DNA of 64,000 nt from Candidatus Bathyarchaeia archaeon (GCA_050013255.1 JBEKFP010000001.1:1-64000); one strand, 5' to 3'; shown: positions 10,640-21,538, numbered from the stretch's first letter. Notes: generated by a model from the sequence alone, not told the origin. Numbers and translations: made by a program.

Positions 10640-11349
10640 TGGGGGGTGTCGGATTCGTTCTACAGGAAGTTCGAATCAAACCTCCTCCCAATCTATCTAG
10701 GCTAGAGTGCTGAAGAACGTTCCCGCGCGGGACTGGCCACTCTCAGCCGCTGGATTGCGGCGCATTGATATGCAGGGGTTATTGGCTCGCCTCCTATTGA
10801 GGGAGAAGTATGTTATTCTGCGGCGGTGAGACAGTTTGAAGAGTAGTTATTGGTTCTGGCGACGTACCCCCGAGTCATCGGCTAAGGAAGTAAACGATCG
10901 CCGCCAACACGCCGACCGGTAAGAAGTTGATCGCGGACCTATTTCTCTTTCTTCTTCTTCCTTACATGTCTTTCCGCGGCATTTCAAGGAAAACGCTTGC
11001 GTCTGAGGCGTTTGGTTCTTTCAAAAGTGGCCTTTTGACTCCTCCTTATAACGAGCTGTGCAGCCAGTCTTCATTGAAGGTTATCTCTGATGTCTCTCCA
11101 AGAATGTGAGAAATGTGGCGCCCTCGTCTATTCCCAGCAGTCGTATTCAGGGGGTTGCCTTTGCCTAAAATGCTACAGATTGGAAGCCGCCAAGAAAATG
11201 AGTTTCAAGTTTGAATGAATGATTCTGGACTGTCTCGTTCGAGGCCCACACTTTTTCTTGGGGTAGAGAATTAATCCGAAGGCACGAAATCGCCAGTGAG
11301 CAGATGGGTCGGGGCTGGCTTGGAATATCATTAAGAAGTCTACGAGGCT

Positions 11350-11463
11350 ATGCCCCGCAAACGCATAAAGAAGATCAAGCGGGAACTCAGCGAGATAAGC
11401 TCGAAGACAGGGGCCAATGTGCCGGTTCTTCTGCAGAAGATCGAGGAAAAACTCAGTGCCTAA
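11350..11463 (+). CDS. possible basic microprotein, 37 aa
   Basis: Hand-translated MPRKRIKKIKRELSEISSKTGANVPVLLQKIEEKLSA. Confidence 0.35.
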   Translation: MPRKRIKKIKRELSEISSKTGANVPVLLQKIEEKLSA

Positions 11464-11466
11464 CGC

Positions 11467-11862
11467 TTAGGCTGAGTTTCGAATGTGTTGCTGGAGTGGT
11501 ACTTCGAAGTAGTGCCGTACACCTTTAGCATCCTCTTCGTAATCGTACTTCTTCAATGTACGGCGGTCAATGTAGAGGCCTGAGCCGAGGTGATCTATCT
11601 GCATGCCCTTGATGCGAACCGTCATAGAATCGAGAACGTCTACGTAGTTTCTTCCCTCAGCGGGTTTCCACTCTAGGATCGCCTTAGGCTCGCTCATCAT
11701 GACAACTTTGACAAAAGCTCGCGGGGAACGGCTTTCGGTATGACCACTCGGGCAAGTGAAGTTCTTTGAGTCCAAGAACTCGTTAAACTTCTCGTAGTTT
11801 CCCGTGAAATCAAATGCGGTGCCGCATTTCTGGCAACTGCACAGAAAAATTCGACTTGACAT
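11467..11862 (-). CDS. hypothetical metal-binding protein
   Basis: CQKC...CPSGH pattern; TTATA upstream. Confidence 0.6.
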   Translation of the reverse strand: MSSRIFLCSCQKCGTAFDFTGNYEKFNEFLDSKNFTCPSGHTESRSPRAFVKVVMMSEPKAILEWKPAEGRNYVDVLDSMTVRIKGMQIDHLGSGLYIDRRTLKKYDYEEDAKGVRHYFEVPLQQHIRNSA

Positions 11863-12316
11863 GGGATACTAAACGAGGCGCCGCTTATAGGAGTCCCTAT
11901 CGTCCGAATCTATCCCTCGCTAGGTCTTTGCCACATTCCCCGCAGCTACTCTTTGAGCCTATTTCTGTTCGCCAAGAGGTGTTCACACACCACCGTTACG
12001 GAACATGCTACTACACGTATTGCCACGTTCATGACCGATCCGACCAATCCAGTCTGCTACCACTCTGGGAATTCTTTGCCTATATTGGCAAGTCGAGACA
12101 TGCGATCTTCAACTGTTTAGATGGGTTGCGAATCGTCTTCTGAGGTTGGGCAGGGCCAAGTATTGGTACCCCTTTTATAGTACTCATGCCGTTTGCACAG
12201 GCAGTATGCTGGAGATCTTACCTGCGCGGATGATGGGGGGCTGCCAAGCCCATGCCAATTATCGCGGCGAGTATTATCTTTCGTATAACTAGAGAAAATG
12301 GATGGTGAAAAGCGAG

Positions 12317-12469
12317 ATGGGTTACGAGAATCGACGATCTGGTGCCCCGAGGCAAATGACGAAAGTCAAATGCTCCGACTGTGGTGCAGAAACGGAAGTA
12401 CCGTTTGTGCCGACGACGGGCAGACCAGTCTACTGTAGAGACTGCTACCAGAAGCACCGAAGCTACTAG
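12317..12469 (+). CDS. CxxC-x17-CxxC domain protein, 50 aa
   Basis: Hand-translated ...KCSDCGAETEVPFVPTTGRPVYCRDCYQKHR; GGTGA upstream. Confidence 0.9.
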   Translation: MGYENRRSGAPRQMTKVKCSDCGAETEVPFVPTTGRPVYCRDCYQKHRSY

Positions 12470-12621
12470 GCAAAGCCACTAGGCGAAGAGCCTAGAACCT
12501 TTGTTGACCGAAAATTCTTCATTTTATTTATCCTCAAATGTAAGATATCAAGGGTTTCTTGATCCAGATCTAGCAATGAAGTTGGTAAGTTAGAAAAGGA
12601 CTTTGTTCGAACCGTACGATA

Positions 12622-12752
12622 TGGTGGGCCCGGAGGGATTCCAACACTCGACCAGGTTTCTTAGTTCGGCGTATAAGCTTTGATAGTCTTCTCTCGCTCT
12701 AACCTAGCTGAGCATCCCGGGATTAGACTTGGATCGGATTCCTTACGGGCCC
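12622..12752 (-). pseudogene. decayed tRNA-Ile(UAU) with three introns (9/10, 30/31, 37/38)
   Basis: GGGCCCG acceptor and encoded CCA; colinear with the tRNA at 25800; T-arm substitutions and a 3-nt deletion after the anticodon arm. Confidence 0.75.
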
Positions 12753-12941
12753 GGGTCCAGCATTACAGAATCCTGGTTAGTTGAATATCTTCCAGTGCTT
12801 CGGCGTTGTGTGCTTATAGCGAGCGATGTATTGTTGTAGTACGGATTTTGGGAGAGGGGTACAATCAGCTCTGATGAGAAACCTTTCTGGAGCATTCCCC
12901 GCGCAGAGTTATTTGAACAGCTTCAGACGACCCCTGAAGGT

Positions 12942-15380
12942 TTGACCAATGATGAAGTTCAACGACGGCTCTCGTCATATGGATACAATCTGCTAAAGGA
13001 AAAGAAGAAAGCTGACGCCATCACGCTTCTTCTTAATCAATTCAGAAGCCCTCTCGTACTCATCTTGCTCGTTGCAGCTATACTTTCCATCTTTCTGCAG
13101 GATCGAGCAAGTGCAGCAATTATCTTGGCCATCGTATTCGTCAGCGGTATACTCGGGTTCTGGCAAGAACGGGGCGCAAGCGATGCCGTGAAGAAGTTAC
13201 TTTCAATCGTACAGGTCAAAACGACTGCGCTGCGCAACGGAGAACCAAGCCAAATTCCTCTAGAGCAGATCGTACCAGGAGATGTTGTGATACTGAACGC
13301 AGGGAACATGGTTCCCGGTGACTGCACGCTTATTGAAGTTAGGGACCTTTTCGTTGATGAAGCGACGCTTACGGGTGAGACTTACCCCGCAGAAAAATCC
13401 GTCGCGGTCCTTGCGCCTGACGCACCTTTGAGCGCTCGCTCGAACACTCTGTTCATGGGAACTCATGTCGTCAGCGGTACTGGCAAAGCTCTTGTCGTAA
13501 CAACCGGGAAGAAAACTGAATTCGGAAAGATTTCTGAAAGTCTTGCGCTTAAACCTCCAGAGACTGGGTTCGAGCGTGGTGTCAGGCAATTCGGCTACCT
13601 CCTCATGGAAATCACTCTAATCATGGCAATCGTGATCTTCGCTGTCAACGCCTACTTGGGACGGCCGATCCTTGTATCCTTTCTCTTCTCAGTGGCACTC
13701 GCAGTTGGTTTAACACCACAACTACTGCCTGCCATAGTAACCGTAAATCTTGCGCACGGCGCGAAGGAAATGGCAAGGCAGAAAGTTATCGTGAAACGGC
13801 TTGTCTCAATTGAAAACTTTGGCAGCATGAACCTTCTCTGTTCGGACAAGACGGGAACCCTAACCGAAGGAAAAGTAGAGATCCATTCTGCCATTGATAT
13901 CGAAGGCAACACCAGCCAAAAGGTTCTCCTATACGCATGTCTGAATGCCAATTTTGAGAGCGGCTTTGCAAACCCCATAGACGAAGCAATTCGAGCAAAG
14001 AGTACGTTCGACTTCACCCCTTACAAGAAAATTGACGAAGTCCCATACGATTTTGTGCGGAAGAGACTCAGTATCCTGGTGTCAAAGGATAACATCCATA
14101 TCATGACGACAAAAGGCGCGGTACCAAACGTACTCGACGCCTGTACCCAAGCAGAGACCCCGAATGGGGCTGTTCAAATTGCAGATGTTCGTGAGCAAAT
14201 CCAGCAACGCTTCGAAGCCTTGAGCGGTCAAGGTTTCCGGCTGCTTGGCGTGGCATACAAGAACGTTCCTGCTGACCGCATTGGCAAGGATGAAGAAACC
14301 CAGATGACTTTCTTGGGTTTCTTACTATTGTTTGATCCGCCTAAGCCGATGATCAAAACAGTTCTACAAAACCTACAGAACCTTGGAATTGCGTTAAAGA
14401 TCATAACGGGAGACAACAGATTCGTCGCGGCATCTCTGAGCACACAGGTAGGACTAACCAGTTCACGTGTTCTAACGGGCCCTGAACTACATCTTATGAG
14501 TGACGAAGCGCTCCTTGAGCGAGTCAAAGTTACCGACGTGTTCGCCGAAGTCGATCCCAACCATAAAGAGCGAATTATCTTAGCGTTCAAGAAAGCAGGA
14601 TATATTGTAGGCTTCATCGGCGATGGAATCAATGACGCCTCAGCACTCCATACTGCAGACGTCGGAATCTCGGTGAACACTGCAGTAGATGTAGCTAAGG
14701 AAGCTGCTGACATCGTATTACTTGAGAAAGACCTAGGTGTTCTAGTACAGGGTGTGCAAGATGGTCGAAAGACTTTCGCTAACACTCTCAAGTACGTGTT
14801 CATGGCTGCGAGTGCCAATTTCGGAAACATGTTCAGCATGGCGGGAGCTTCACTCTTCTTATCCTTCCTACCTTTGCTGCCCACGCAAGTTCTGCTTACA
14901 AATCTCATGACCGACTTCCCTGAAATGGCCATACCCACGGATAGCGTTGACAGTGATATGGTGCAGAAACCCAGACGCTGGAACGTAAAATTCATCCGGG
15001 ACTTCATGATGACTTTCGGTCTCCTTAGTTCGGTCTTCGACTACGCAACATTCGGTGTACTTCTCTTCATCTTGCATGCAACAGCGGATCAGTTCAGAAC
15101 AGGTTGGTTCATTGAATCAGTGGCCTCTGCCACTCTGATTGTCCTAGTCATTCGCACTCAACAACCGTTCTTCAGAAGTAAGCCTAGCAAATACCTTATG
15201 TTTGCGACATTAGCCGTAGTAATTGCAACTGTTCTTCTGCCCTTTACGGCCCTAGGAACGTTGTTTGGATTTGTTCCTATCTCGCTTACTTTCCTTCTCT
15301 TCACTGCGATTATTGTTGGACTATACGTTCTGGGCGCCGAGCAAACCAAGCGGCTTTTCTACAAGCATGAAGGATTCTGA
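12942..15380 (+). CDS. mgtA: Mg2+-translocating P-type ATPase (MgtA-like)
   Basis: LTGE, VGLTPQLLP, DKTGTLT, GDGIND, SANFGNMFSM, FRTGWFIES; true start probably upstream, near 12864. Confidence 0.93.
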   Translation: MTNDEVQRRLSSYGYNLLKEKKKADAITLLLNQFRSPLVLILLVAAILSIFLQDRASAAIILAIVFVSGILGFWQERGASDAVKKLLSIVQVKTTALRNGEPSQIPLEQIVPGDVVILNAGNMVPGDCTLIEVRDLFVDEATLTGETYPAEKSVAVLAPDAPLSARSNTLFMGTHVVSGTGKALVVTTGKKTEFGKISESLALKPPETGFERGVRQFGYLLMEITLIMAIVIFAVNAYLGRPILVSFLFSVALAVGLTPQLLPAIVTVNLAHGAKEMARQKVIVKRLVSIENFGSMNLLCSDKTGTLTEGKVEIHSAIDIEGNTSQKVLLYACLNANFESGFANPIDEAIRAKSTFDFTPYKKIDEVPYDFVRKRLSILVSKDNIHIMTTKGAVPNVLDACTQAETPNGAVQIADVREQIQQRFEALSGQGFRLLGVAYKNVPADRIGKDEETQMTFLGFLLLFDPPKPMIKTVLQNLQNLGIALKIITGDNRFVAASLSTQVGLTSSRVLTGPELHLMSDEALLERVKVTDVFAEVDPNHKERIILAFKKAGYIVGFIGDGINDASALHTADVGISVNTAVDVAKEAADIVLLEKDLGVLVQGVQDGRKTFANTLKYVFMAASANFGNMFSMAGASLFLSFLPLLPTQVLLTNLMTDFPEMAIPTDSVDSDMVQKPRRWNVKFIRDFMMTFGLLSSVFDYATFGVLLFILHATADQFRTGWFIESVASATLIVLVIRTQQPFFRSKPSKYLMFATLAVVIATVLLPFTALGTLFGFVPISLTFLLFTAIIVGLYVLGAEQTKRLFYKHEGF

Positions 15381-15385
15381 CCGCG

Positions 15386-16195
15386 ATGAAAATACACAAC
15401 AGACTCCTCGTGACCCCTGGGAAGAAAAACAAGCTTAGCAAGTTCGATCCAGACGATACTCTGGGATTGAAGAACGATGAGAGGTCGCAGAAGATGCTTC
15501 AGAAGCTCATTGCTCGGCTAGATGATTTACAACATCTTCTCTATGCTTCAAAGAAGTGCTCACTTCTCATTGTTCTTCAAGGAATAGACGGAGCCGGAAA
15601 AGACGGGACCATCCGTCACGTGATGTCAGGAGTAAATCCCCAAGGTTGCCGCGTTACATCGTTTAAGACCCCCTCTGCCGAAGAAGCAGCTCATGACTTC
15701 CTATGGCGCATCCATAACGCTATTCCCGAGCGGGGCGAGATAGGCATATTCAACCGTTCTCACTACGAAGACGTCCTAGTAGTAAGAGTTCACAAGCTTG
15801 CGCCGGAATCTATTTGGTCAAGGCGCTACAAACAGATCAACCATTTCGAAAGGATCCTTGCCGAAAACAACGTTAAGATATTGAAGTTCTACTTGCATAT
15901 CAGTAAGGAAGAACAGAAGAAGCGCTTCCAGCAGAGATTGGATGATCGCACCAAATGGTGGAAACTTTCGCCGGCTGATTTCCAGGAGAGAAGGTACTGG
16001 AACGACTACATGGAGGCTTACGAAGATGTGCTGCGATATTGCAGCACTCCATGGGCGCCATGGTACGTTATTCCCGCAAACAAGAATTGGTTCAGAAACC
16101 TTGCAGTTTCACATATCATTGTCAAGACCCTAGAGGATTTGAACATGAAATTTCCGAAACCTTCTTTCAACGTCTCTCGGTACGTTCTCAAGTAA
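15386..16195 (+). CDS. ppk2: polyphosphate kinase 2, single-domain (class III-like)
   Basis: QGIDGAGKDGTI, GVNPQG, HDFLWR, FNRSHYEDVL, APWYVIPA. Confidence 0.93.
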   Translation: MKIHNRLLVTPGKKNKLSKFDPDDTLGLKNDERSQKMLQKLIARLDDLQHLLYASKKCSLLIVLQGIDGAGKDGTIRHVMSGVNPQGCRVTSFKTPSAEEAAHDFLWRIHNAIPERGEIGIFNRSHYEDVLVVRVHKLAPESIWSRRYKQINHFERILAENNVKILKFYLHISKEEQKKRFQQRLDDRTKWWKLSPADFQERRYWNDYMEAYEDVLRYCSTPWAPWYVIPANKNWFRNLAVSHIIVKTLEDLNMKFPKPSFNVSRYVLK

Positions 16196-16466
16196 CTAAA
16201 TGCTCGAGGAGAGGCCGTGCAAGAAGATTAACTGTTTTCCCTCCACAATCCAAACAAGCGTGCCCCACTAACAATCCGCTGTGAGAACTACAGTTCCACT
16301 ATCCCAGATCGAATATCTCAACCAATTCCTACCTCAAACTCTGTTTCTTTTGGTTTGCTTATGACCTCGAATAATGCTGTTACGCTCACAGTTCCAAGTA
16401 CCCCTCCTCTTACGCTATGCGTCAGCACCGAAACTGATTAACCCACGCGCAATCAGTTCCAATATC

Positions 16467-17039
16467 ATGAAAGAGATAGAGATCAAGATCATCGAAATTG
16501 ACAGAAAAACGATTGAAGATAAATTGACAACTCTAGGCGCTGCGAAGACTTTCGATGGCGATGTAGAAACTTGGTTTTTTGACTTTCAGGATGATACAAT
16601 TACGCGGGCAAGAAACCTCTTGCGTCTTAGGAGAATTGGCAACAGAACTGATTTGGCGTTCAAGAAGTGCGTGGAGAGCCAGTCGGCAAAGGTTAGAAAT
16701 GAGTATGAAGTCTCAATCTCGGATTTTGAGACGATGCGCTTGATACTCGAATCCATTGGCCTTATCTCAACTTGGCGAATGGAGAAACACCGAACGAGTT
16801 ATGTGCTGAGTGGGGGCGTCCATGTTGACATTGACAAGTATTATGGGGACTTTTCGCATATACCCGAGTCAATGGAGATCGAGGGTGGAGACATTTCCAC
16901 GATACGCGAACATGCGAAGTTGCTCGGATTCGGCCCCGATGACTGCAAATCTTGGGATACCTTCGATTTGATTGATCATTATTCAGGAAAGAAAGCTAGG
17001 GATGACTCACATGGAATCGCCCCCAGTCCAGAAAGTTGA
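16467..17039 (+). CDS. CYTH-domain protein (class IV adenylate cyclase / triphosphatase family)
   Basis: N-terminal EIEIK, LRLRR, EKHR, EIE. Confidence 0.85.
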   Translation: MKEIEIKIIEIDRKTIEDKLTTLGAAKTFDGDVETWFFDFQDDTITRARNLLRLRRIGNRTDLAFKKCVESQSAKVRNEYEVSISDFETMRLILESIGLISTWRMEKHRTSYVLSGGVHVDIDKYYGDFSHIPESMEIEGGDISTIREHAKLLGFGPDDCKSWDTFDLIDHYSGKKARDDSHGIAPSPES

Positions 17040-19164
17040 ATCACTTCCGAGGATTTTGGACGATCCAGCTCTTTTCATAAATCGCGAAGTTAGTTGGATA
17101 AAGTTCAACAATAGGGTCCTCGAGGAAGCTCAAGATCGTCGTCATCCACTGTTAGAACGCGTGAAATTCCTCGCCATCAGCGGAAGCAATTTGGATGAAT
17201 TTTTCATGACCCGCGCGTCCATCCTTGAGCAGCAGATTGAGAGAGGCGACTTTGAGCCAACTCCGGGCTCGCGAATGACTCCGCTGGAGCAAATCAAGGT
17301 AACTAGACGCGAAATCCTTCCACTACTCAGAAGTCAAAGGAAATGTTTGGAAGAGGGACTTTTGCCGGCATTGGCCAGAGAGGGCATACGAATACAGAAG
17401 CCTAATGATCTGACTGAGCGACAGAAGCTAAACCTTCGCGACTATTTTCGGAGAGAAATACTTCCGGTCATGAAGAAACCGGATGAAGAATATTTCTCGC
17501 CCTACATCTCCAATCTCCACATCAACCTACTGGTAGTGGCCAACGACCCAAGATTGAGGGAAACTTCAACTAAAGTCATTGTTGAAGCGCCTACGGACAA
17601 TTTTGACAGGTTCATTAGGATACCCACATCGAGTGGCCGTCGTGAGGGCGTGGACAATTTCATACTGTTGGAGGATTTGGTTGGTGCCAACTTGGATCTG
17701 CTATTTCCGTCAGCTCGAATTCTTGGCCATTACAAATCTAGAGTAACGCGAAACGCGGAGATAGATGTCATTGCAGATGAAAACACCGATTTCCTTACAA
17801 CCATGGAGTTGAGCGTCAGACAGAGGCGCTACGGCAAGCCAGCTCGACTCGAGTATGAGAGTTCTATGCCTCAGCATTTACGTGCCTACCTAGCAGGTAC
17901 TATAGGTTCAGTCCGTGTTCCACAGCAAATCTCCGAAGACGTGCAATACGAGATTGATGGCTTCTTTGGGCTAGTGGACTTCTGGCAGCTCCTTAAGCTG
18001 AACAGGCCGAACCTCAAGGACACACCTTTCAAAGGGTACATCATTCCCGAGCTGAGACCGGGCAAATCGGTCTTTGCAGAAATAGCCGCGAAGGATTTTG
18101 CGCTATACCACCCATACGATAGTTTTGACATGATAGTGAACGTGCTTGAGAATGCGGCAACAGATCCTAATGTCAGCGACATCTACATCACCCTCTACCG
18201 TGTTGATCCTGATTCTCCCATTGTTGCTGCCTTAAAGAAAGCCGCCTCTAACGATAAAAGAGTGACAGTCTTGATCGAACTGAAAGCGAAATTCGATGAG
18301 ACTAACAATATCAACTGGTCAAAAGCGCTAAGTCAAGCAGGAGTGAAAGTCGTCTACAACTTCCCCAAGATCAAGGTCCATGCTAAGCTAGCTCTAATAG
18401 TGAGAAAACAGAACGGCAAGCTGGTTCAATACTCACACATCGGATCTGGGAACTACAATTCAATCACCACACGCATCTACGGAGACATCGGCTATCTAAC
18501 CGCCAACCCTCAGATAGGGACCGAAGTCCTAGACCTCTTTCACAAGCTGACAAGCGACCTCAGAACGGCAGAACCGTCCAAGTATCTACTGGTTGCGCCT
18601 ACGTCGCTGAAGAGCGAGATACTGAGGCGCATCGAGAGGGAGATAAATCGGCATCAGGAAAAGGGGAGCGGTTACTTGGCTTTCAAGGTTAACGGATTAG
18701 TGGATAAAGGAATCATTCAAGCACTCTACAGGGCATCGCAAGCAGGAGTGAAGATCGACCTCAATGTTAGGGGGCTGTGCTGCCTGAGGCCGGGTATTCT
18801 TGGCGTAAGCGAGAATATCCGCGTTATCTCCATCGTGGGGCGTTTCCTCGAACACGCCAGAATCTACTACTTCCGGAACGGCGGTGAGGACGAAGTCCTG
18901 ATCGGCAGCAGTGACATGATGCCTAGAAATCTTGAGAAGCGAGTGGAGGTACTTCTCTCCGTGCCGGATCCTATGATAACGTCCTCCATTCTGAGGATTC
19001 TAATGATTCACCTGAAGGACAATGTAAAGGCGAGACGCCTCCTCGCAGATGGTACCTACGAGAAAGTTGAACCCGAACCTGGAGCGGAAATCATCGATTC
19101 CCAACGCTGGTTAATCGAAAACAGAGGAATCTGGCATGAGACGACAAACCCTCGTCCACCTTGA
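17002..19164 (+). CDS. ppk1: polyphosphate kinase 1
   Basis: NREVSWIKFNNRVL, SNLDEFFM, HPYDSF, ELKAKFDE, KVHAK, GRFLEHARIY, DMMPRNL; start approximate. Confidence 0.95.
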   Translation: MTHMESPPVQKVESLPRILDDPALFINREVSWIKFNNRVLEEAQDRRHPLLERVKFLAISGSNLDEFFMTRASILEQQIERGDFEPTPGSRMTPLEQIKVTRREILPLLRSQRKCLEEGLLPALAREGIRIQKPNDLTERQKLNLRDYFRREILPVMKKPDEEYFSPYISNLHINLLVVANDPRLRETSTKVIVEAPTDNFDRFIRIPTSSGRREGVDNFILLEDLVGANLDLLFPSARILGHYKSRVTRNAEIDVIADENTDFLTTMELSVRQRRYGKPARLEYESSMPQHLRAYLAGTIGSVRVPQQISEDVQYEIDGFFGLVDFWQLLKLNRPNLKDTPFKGYIIPELRPGKSVFAEIAAKDFALYHPYDSFDMIVNVLENAATDPNVSDIYITLYRVDPDSPIVAALKKAASNDKRVTVLIELKAKFDETNNINWSKALSQAGVKVVYNFPKIKVHAKLALIVRKQNGKLVQYSHIGSGNYNSITTRIYGDIGYLTANPQIGTEVLDLFHKLTSDLRTAEPSKYLLVAPTSLKSEILRRIEREINRHQEKGSGYLAFKVNGLVDKGIIQALYRASQAGVKIDLNVRGLCCLRPGILGVSENIRVISIVGRFLEHARIYYFRNGGEDEVLIGSSDMMPRNLEKRVEVLLSVPDPMITSSILRILMIHLKDNVKARRLLADGTYEKVEPEPGAEIIDSQRWLIENRGIWHETTNPRPP

Positions 19165-21538
19165 CTTCTTCGGGGACAAATCCGCTTACTGTCTTCTCGG
19201 CGCCGATATGCTGCTAAGACAAATTGTGACGCTGGAGAACCAGATAGATGGCGTAAGGAAGAACGATGACATCGAATTCATGCATAAATTAAGAGTCACC
19301 TCGCGAAGGATGAGAGCGGCTCTTAGCCTCTTCGGAGAATGCTTCCTAAGAAAATCCTCAAAGAAATGGATTAACGCCATCAGGAACGTAACGAGATCCT
19401 CAGGAGCGGCTAGAGACGCAGATGTCCAACTGGTCTTTTTGGAGAATTACTCAAGAACCGTCGAAGACAGAAGCGCGTTGCCGGGTCTGGCATACCTCAC
19501 AACGCTGCAGAGGGCGCGCAGGGTTGGAATGCAATCCGACATAGTCAGCGTCCTTGACGCGCTAGAAGGCTCCAACATTCTCGCAGACATTTCTGACAGT
19601 AGCATGACCCTCCTAAGGAATCTACGTGAACAAAACCGTAGCGAACCCGTCATCAAGACACCATCCAATTACGAGAAAGCTCGCGATCACATTTCGAGCA
19701 GACTCGATGATGTCCTGGCTCTGGAACAGTTCGTCCATGATGAGAGTGCAGCCGTAAAGCATCACGAACTGAGAATAGCGACGAAACGGCTAAGATATAC
19801 GATGGAAATCTTCTCTCCCCTTTACAAGGGAGAGCTGAAAGAACAAATCTCGCTAATGAAGCAGCTCCAAGACGTACTAGGCGAGATCCATGACTATGTT
19901 GTATGGGTTCAAGAGTTCAGCGTCTATCTGCAAGGTGTCCCAGACGATGCTAGATACGGCGTGAGTAAGGTACTAAGCCACGCAGCTGAAATGAAGAAAT
20001 CCCGTTACAAGGATTTCGTGACACTATGGGATAACGCCGTCGCGAAGGCCCTCTTCGACAACATACGGCAGGTAACTGAAACAGGACCGAGTAGCGAGGT
20101 TGTTCGCGAAATCTTGAACCATGATAACCCACCTGTGGCTGTCATCTCAGATGTTCATGGCAATCTCGACGCATTCAAAGCAGTTGTAGTGGATGCAAGG
20201 AGATCGGGAATCGATGTCTTTCTCAACGCGGGAGACGCTGTGGGCTTCGGCACTTACCCAAAGCAGGTGATTCGAGCGCTTCGCTCTGCGATGTTTCTGA
20301 ACGTGATTGGGAACGTCGATCTGGAAGTCCTCGAGAAGGGGTTACAGAATCCCAGAGCGGAGAAGAACAGCATAATGCAGTTCACATTCAGGGAACTAGC
20401 ACCGTCCGACCTAGCCTACCTCCACTCCCTCCCGAAGGAACTGAGACTCGAAATATGTGGCAAGAAGATACTGCTCACTCATGGGACTCCTGACTCAATC
20501 AACGAACACATATATCCAAACACACCGAGCAAACGACTCAAAGAGATCGCATCAAAGGCCAATGCTGAGGTAATTATCACTGGGCACTCCCACATACAAA
20601 TGAACAGGAATGTGGGCGGAGTCACGTTCGTGAATCCAGGGAGCGTTGGTCGACCCGCTGACGGTGACTACAGAGCGGAGTATGCCATAGTCAGATTCAA
20701 TCCATTTTCCTTGGAGTTCAGAAGAGTCAACTATGACGTTGAGGCTACGGCCAACGAGATAAGAAGGAGAGGGCTACCCGAAAGCCTCGCTCAAGTTCTA
20801 CTGCGAGGCGTTTCCCTCGATACTGTCAAAGAACTGGATGATGCGCTCGAGAAAAAGCAACTGTGGAAGAGACGCTCGACCATAAGCAAAGTGAGGAGAA
20901 TAGCAAAGAGGTTCATTTCCGACAATTCGCATGCTGAACAGAGCAGAAAGCTAGCGCTAGTGATTTTCGACAAGACGAGACGACTGCACTCTATGAGCAG
21001 GAAGGAACGCTACTGGTTAGAATGCGCGGCTATCCTTCATGATATCGGACTATCAAGAGGCAATAGGGGTTACCACAAATCATCGCTTAGGCTAATATTG
21101 AACGATCTCGAATTCCCTTTCACCTTCAGAGATAGGTACATGATAGGAAGCGTCGCAAGATACCATCGGAAGGCAATGCCAGATGCGAACCATTTCAATT
21201 TGGCACAACTTAGTGGAGTCGAGAGACAGGAAGTCGTCGTCCTCTCGTCGATACTGCGGGTCGCGGAGGCGCTTGACTGTTCTAGTGAGTTCATCGTGAG
21301 GAAAATTGCCGTGAGGGTACTGCCTAATCAAATGGTTTTGGAGTGTGAGGCCACAGGAGACATCTACACGGGAGACCAAGCGTTCAAGAAGATGAAGAAT
21401 CTTCTAGAGAAAACTTTCGGACGCGATTTAATCATCGTATGGAAGACACGGCAAACTCGCCGAAAGCGCCATCCAGCATTGCAGGCTCATAGGGATAGAG
21501 CCGTCCGATCTCGCACGAGAACCCGACAGCCGAGCTGA
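19136..21538 (+). CDS. CHAD + calcineurin-like metallophosphoesterase + Ppx-type HD fusion
   Basis: HKLRVTSRR and HELRIATKRLRY (CHAD); SDVHGN, GD, GN, THG, GHSH, NPGSVG; AAILHDIG. Confidence 0.88.
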   Translation: MRRQTLVHLDFFGDKSAYCLLGADMLLRQIVTLENQIDGVRKNDDIEFMHKLRVTSRRMRAALSLFGECFLRKSSKKWINAIRNVTRSSGAARDADVQLVFLENYSRTVEDRSALPGLAYLTTLQRARRVGMQSDIVSVLDALEGSNILADISDSSMTLLRNLREQNRSEPVIKTPSNYEKARDHISSRLDDVLALEQFVHDESAAVKHHELRIATKRLRYTMEIFSPLYKGELKEQISLMKQLQDVLGEIHDYVVWVQEFSVYLQGVPDDARYGVSKVLSHAAEMKKSRYKDFVTLWDNAVAKALFDNIRQVTETGPSSEVVREILNHDNPPVAVISDVHGNLDAFKAVVVDARRSGIDVFLNAGDAVGFGTYPKQVIRALRSAMFLNVIGNVDLEVLEKGLQNPRAEKNSIMQFTFRELAPSDLAYLHSLPKELRLEICGKKILLTHGTPDSINEHIYPNTPSKRLKEIASKANAEVIITGHSHIQMNRNVGGVTFVNPGSVGRPADGDYRAEYAIVRFNPFSLEFRRVNYDVEATANEIRRRGLPESLAQVLLRGVSLDTVKELDDALEKKQLWKRRSTISKVRRIAKRFISDNSHAEQSRKLALVIFDKTRRLHSMSRKERYWLECAAILHDIGLSRGNRGYHKSSLRLILNDLEFPFTFRDRYMIGSVARYHRKAMPDANHFNLAQLSGVERQEVVVLSSILRVAEALDCSSEFIVRKIAVRVLPNQMVLECEATGDIYTGDQAFKKMKNLLEKTFGRDLIIVWKTRQTRRKRHPALQAHRDRAVRSRTRTRQPS

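Noticed and set aside
10640-11340. Possible ncRNA or gene in a long intergenic stretch
   Set aside because: No convincing ORF, repeat or recognisable RNA motif could be read by eye.
14228-15007. 259-aa antisense ORF and similar shadow ORFs over ths, smc and pepF
   Set aside because: They lie antisense to well-supported genes and have no motifs of their own.
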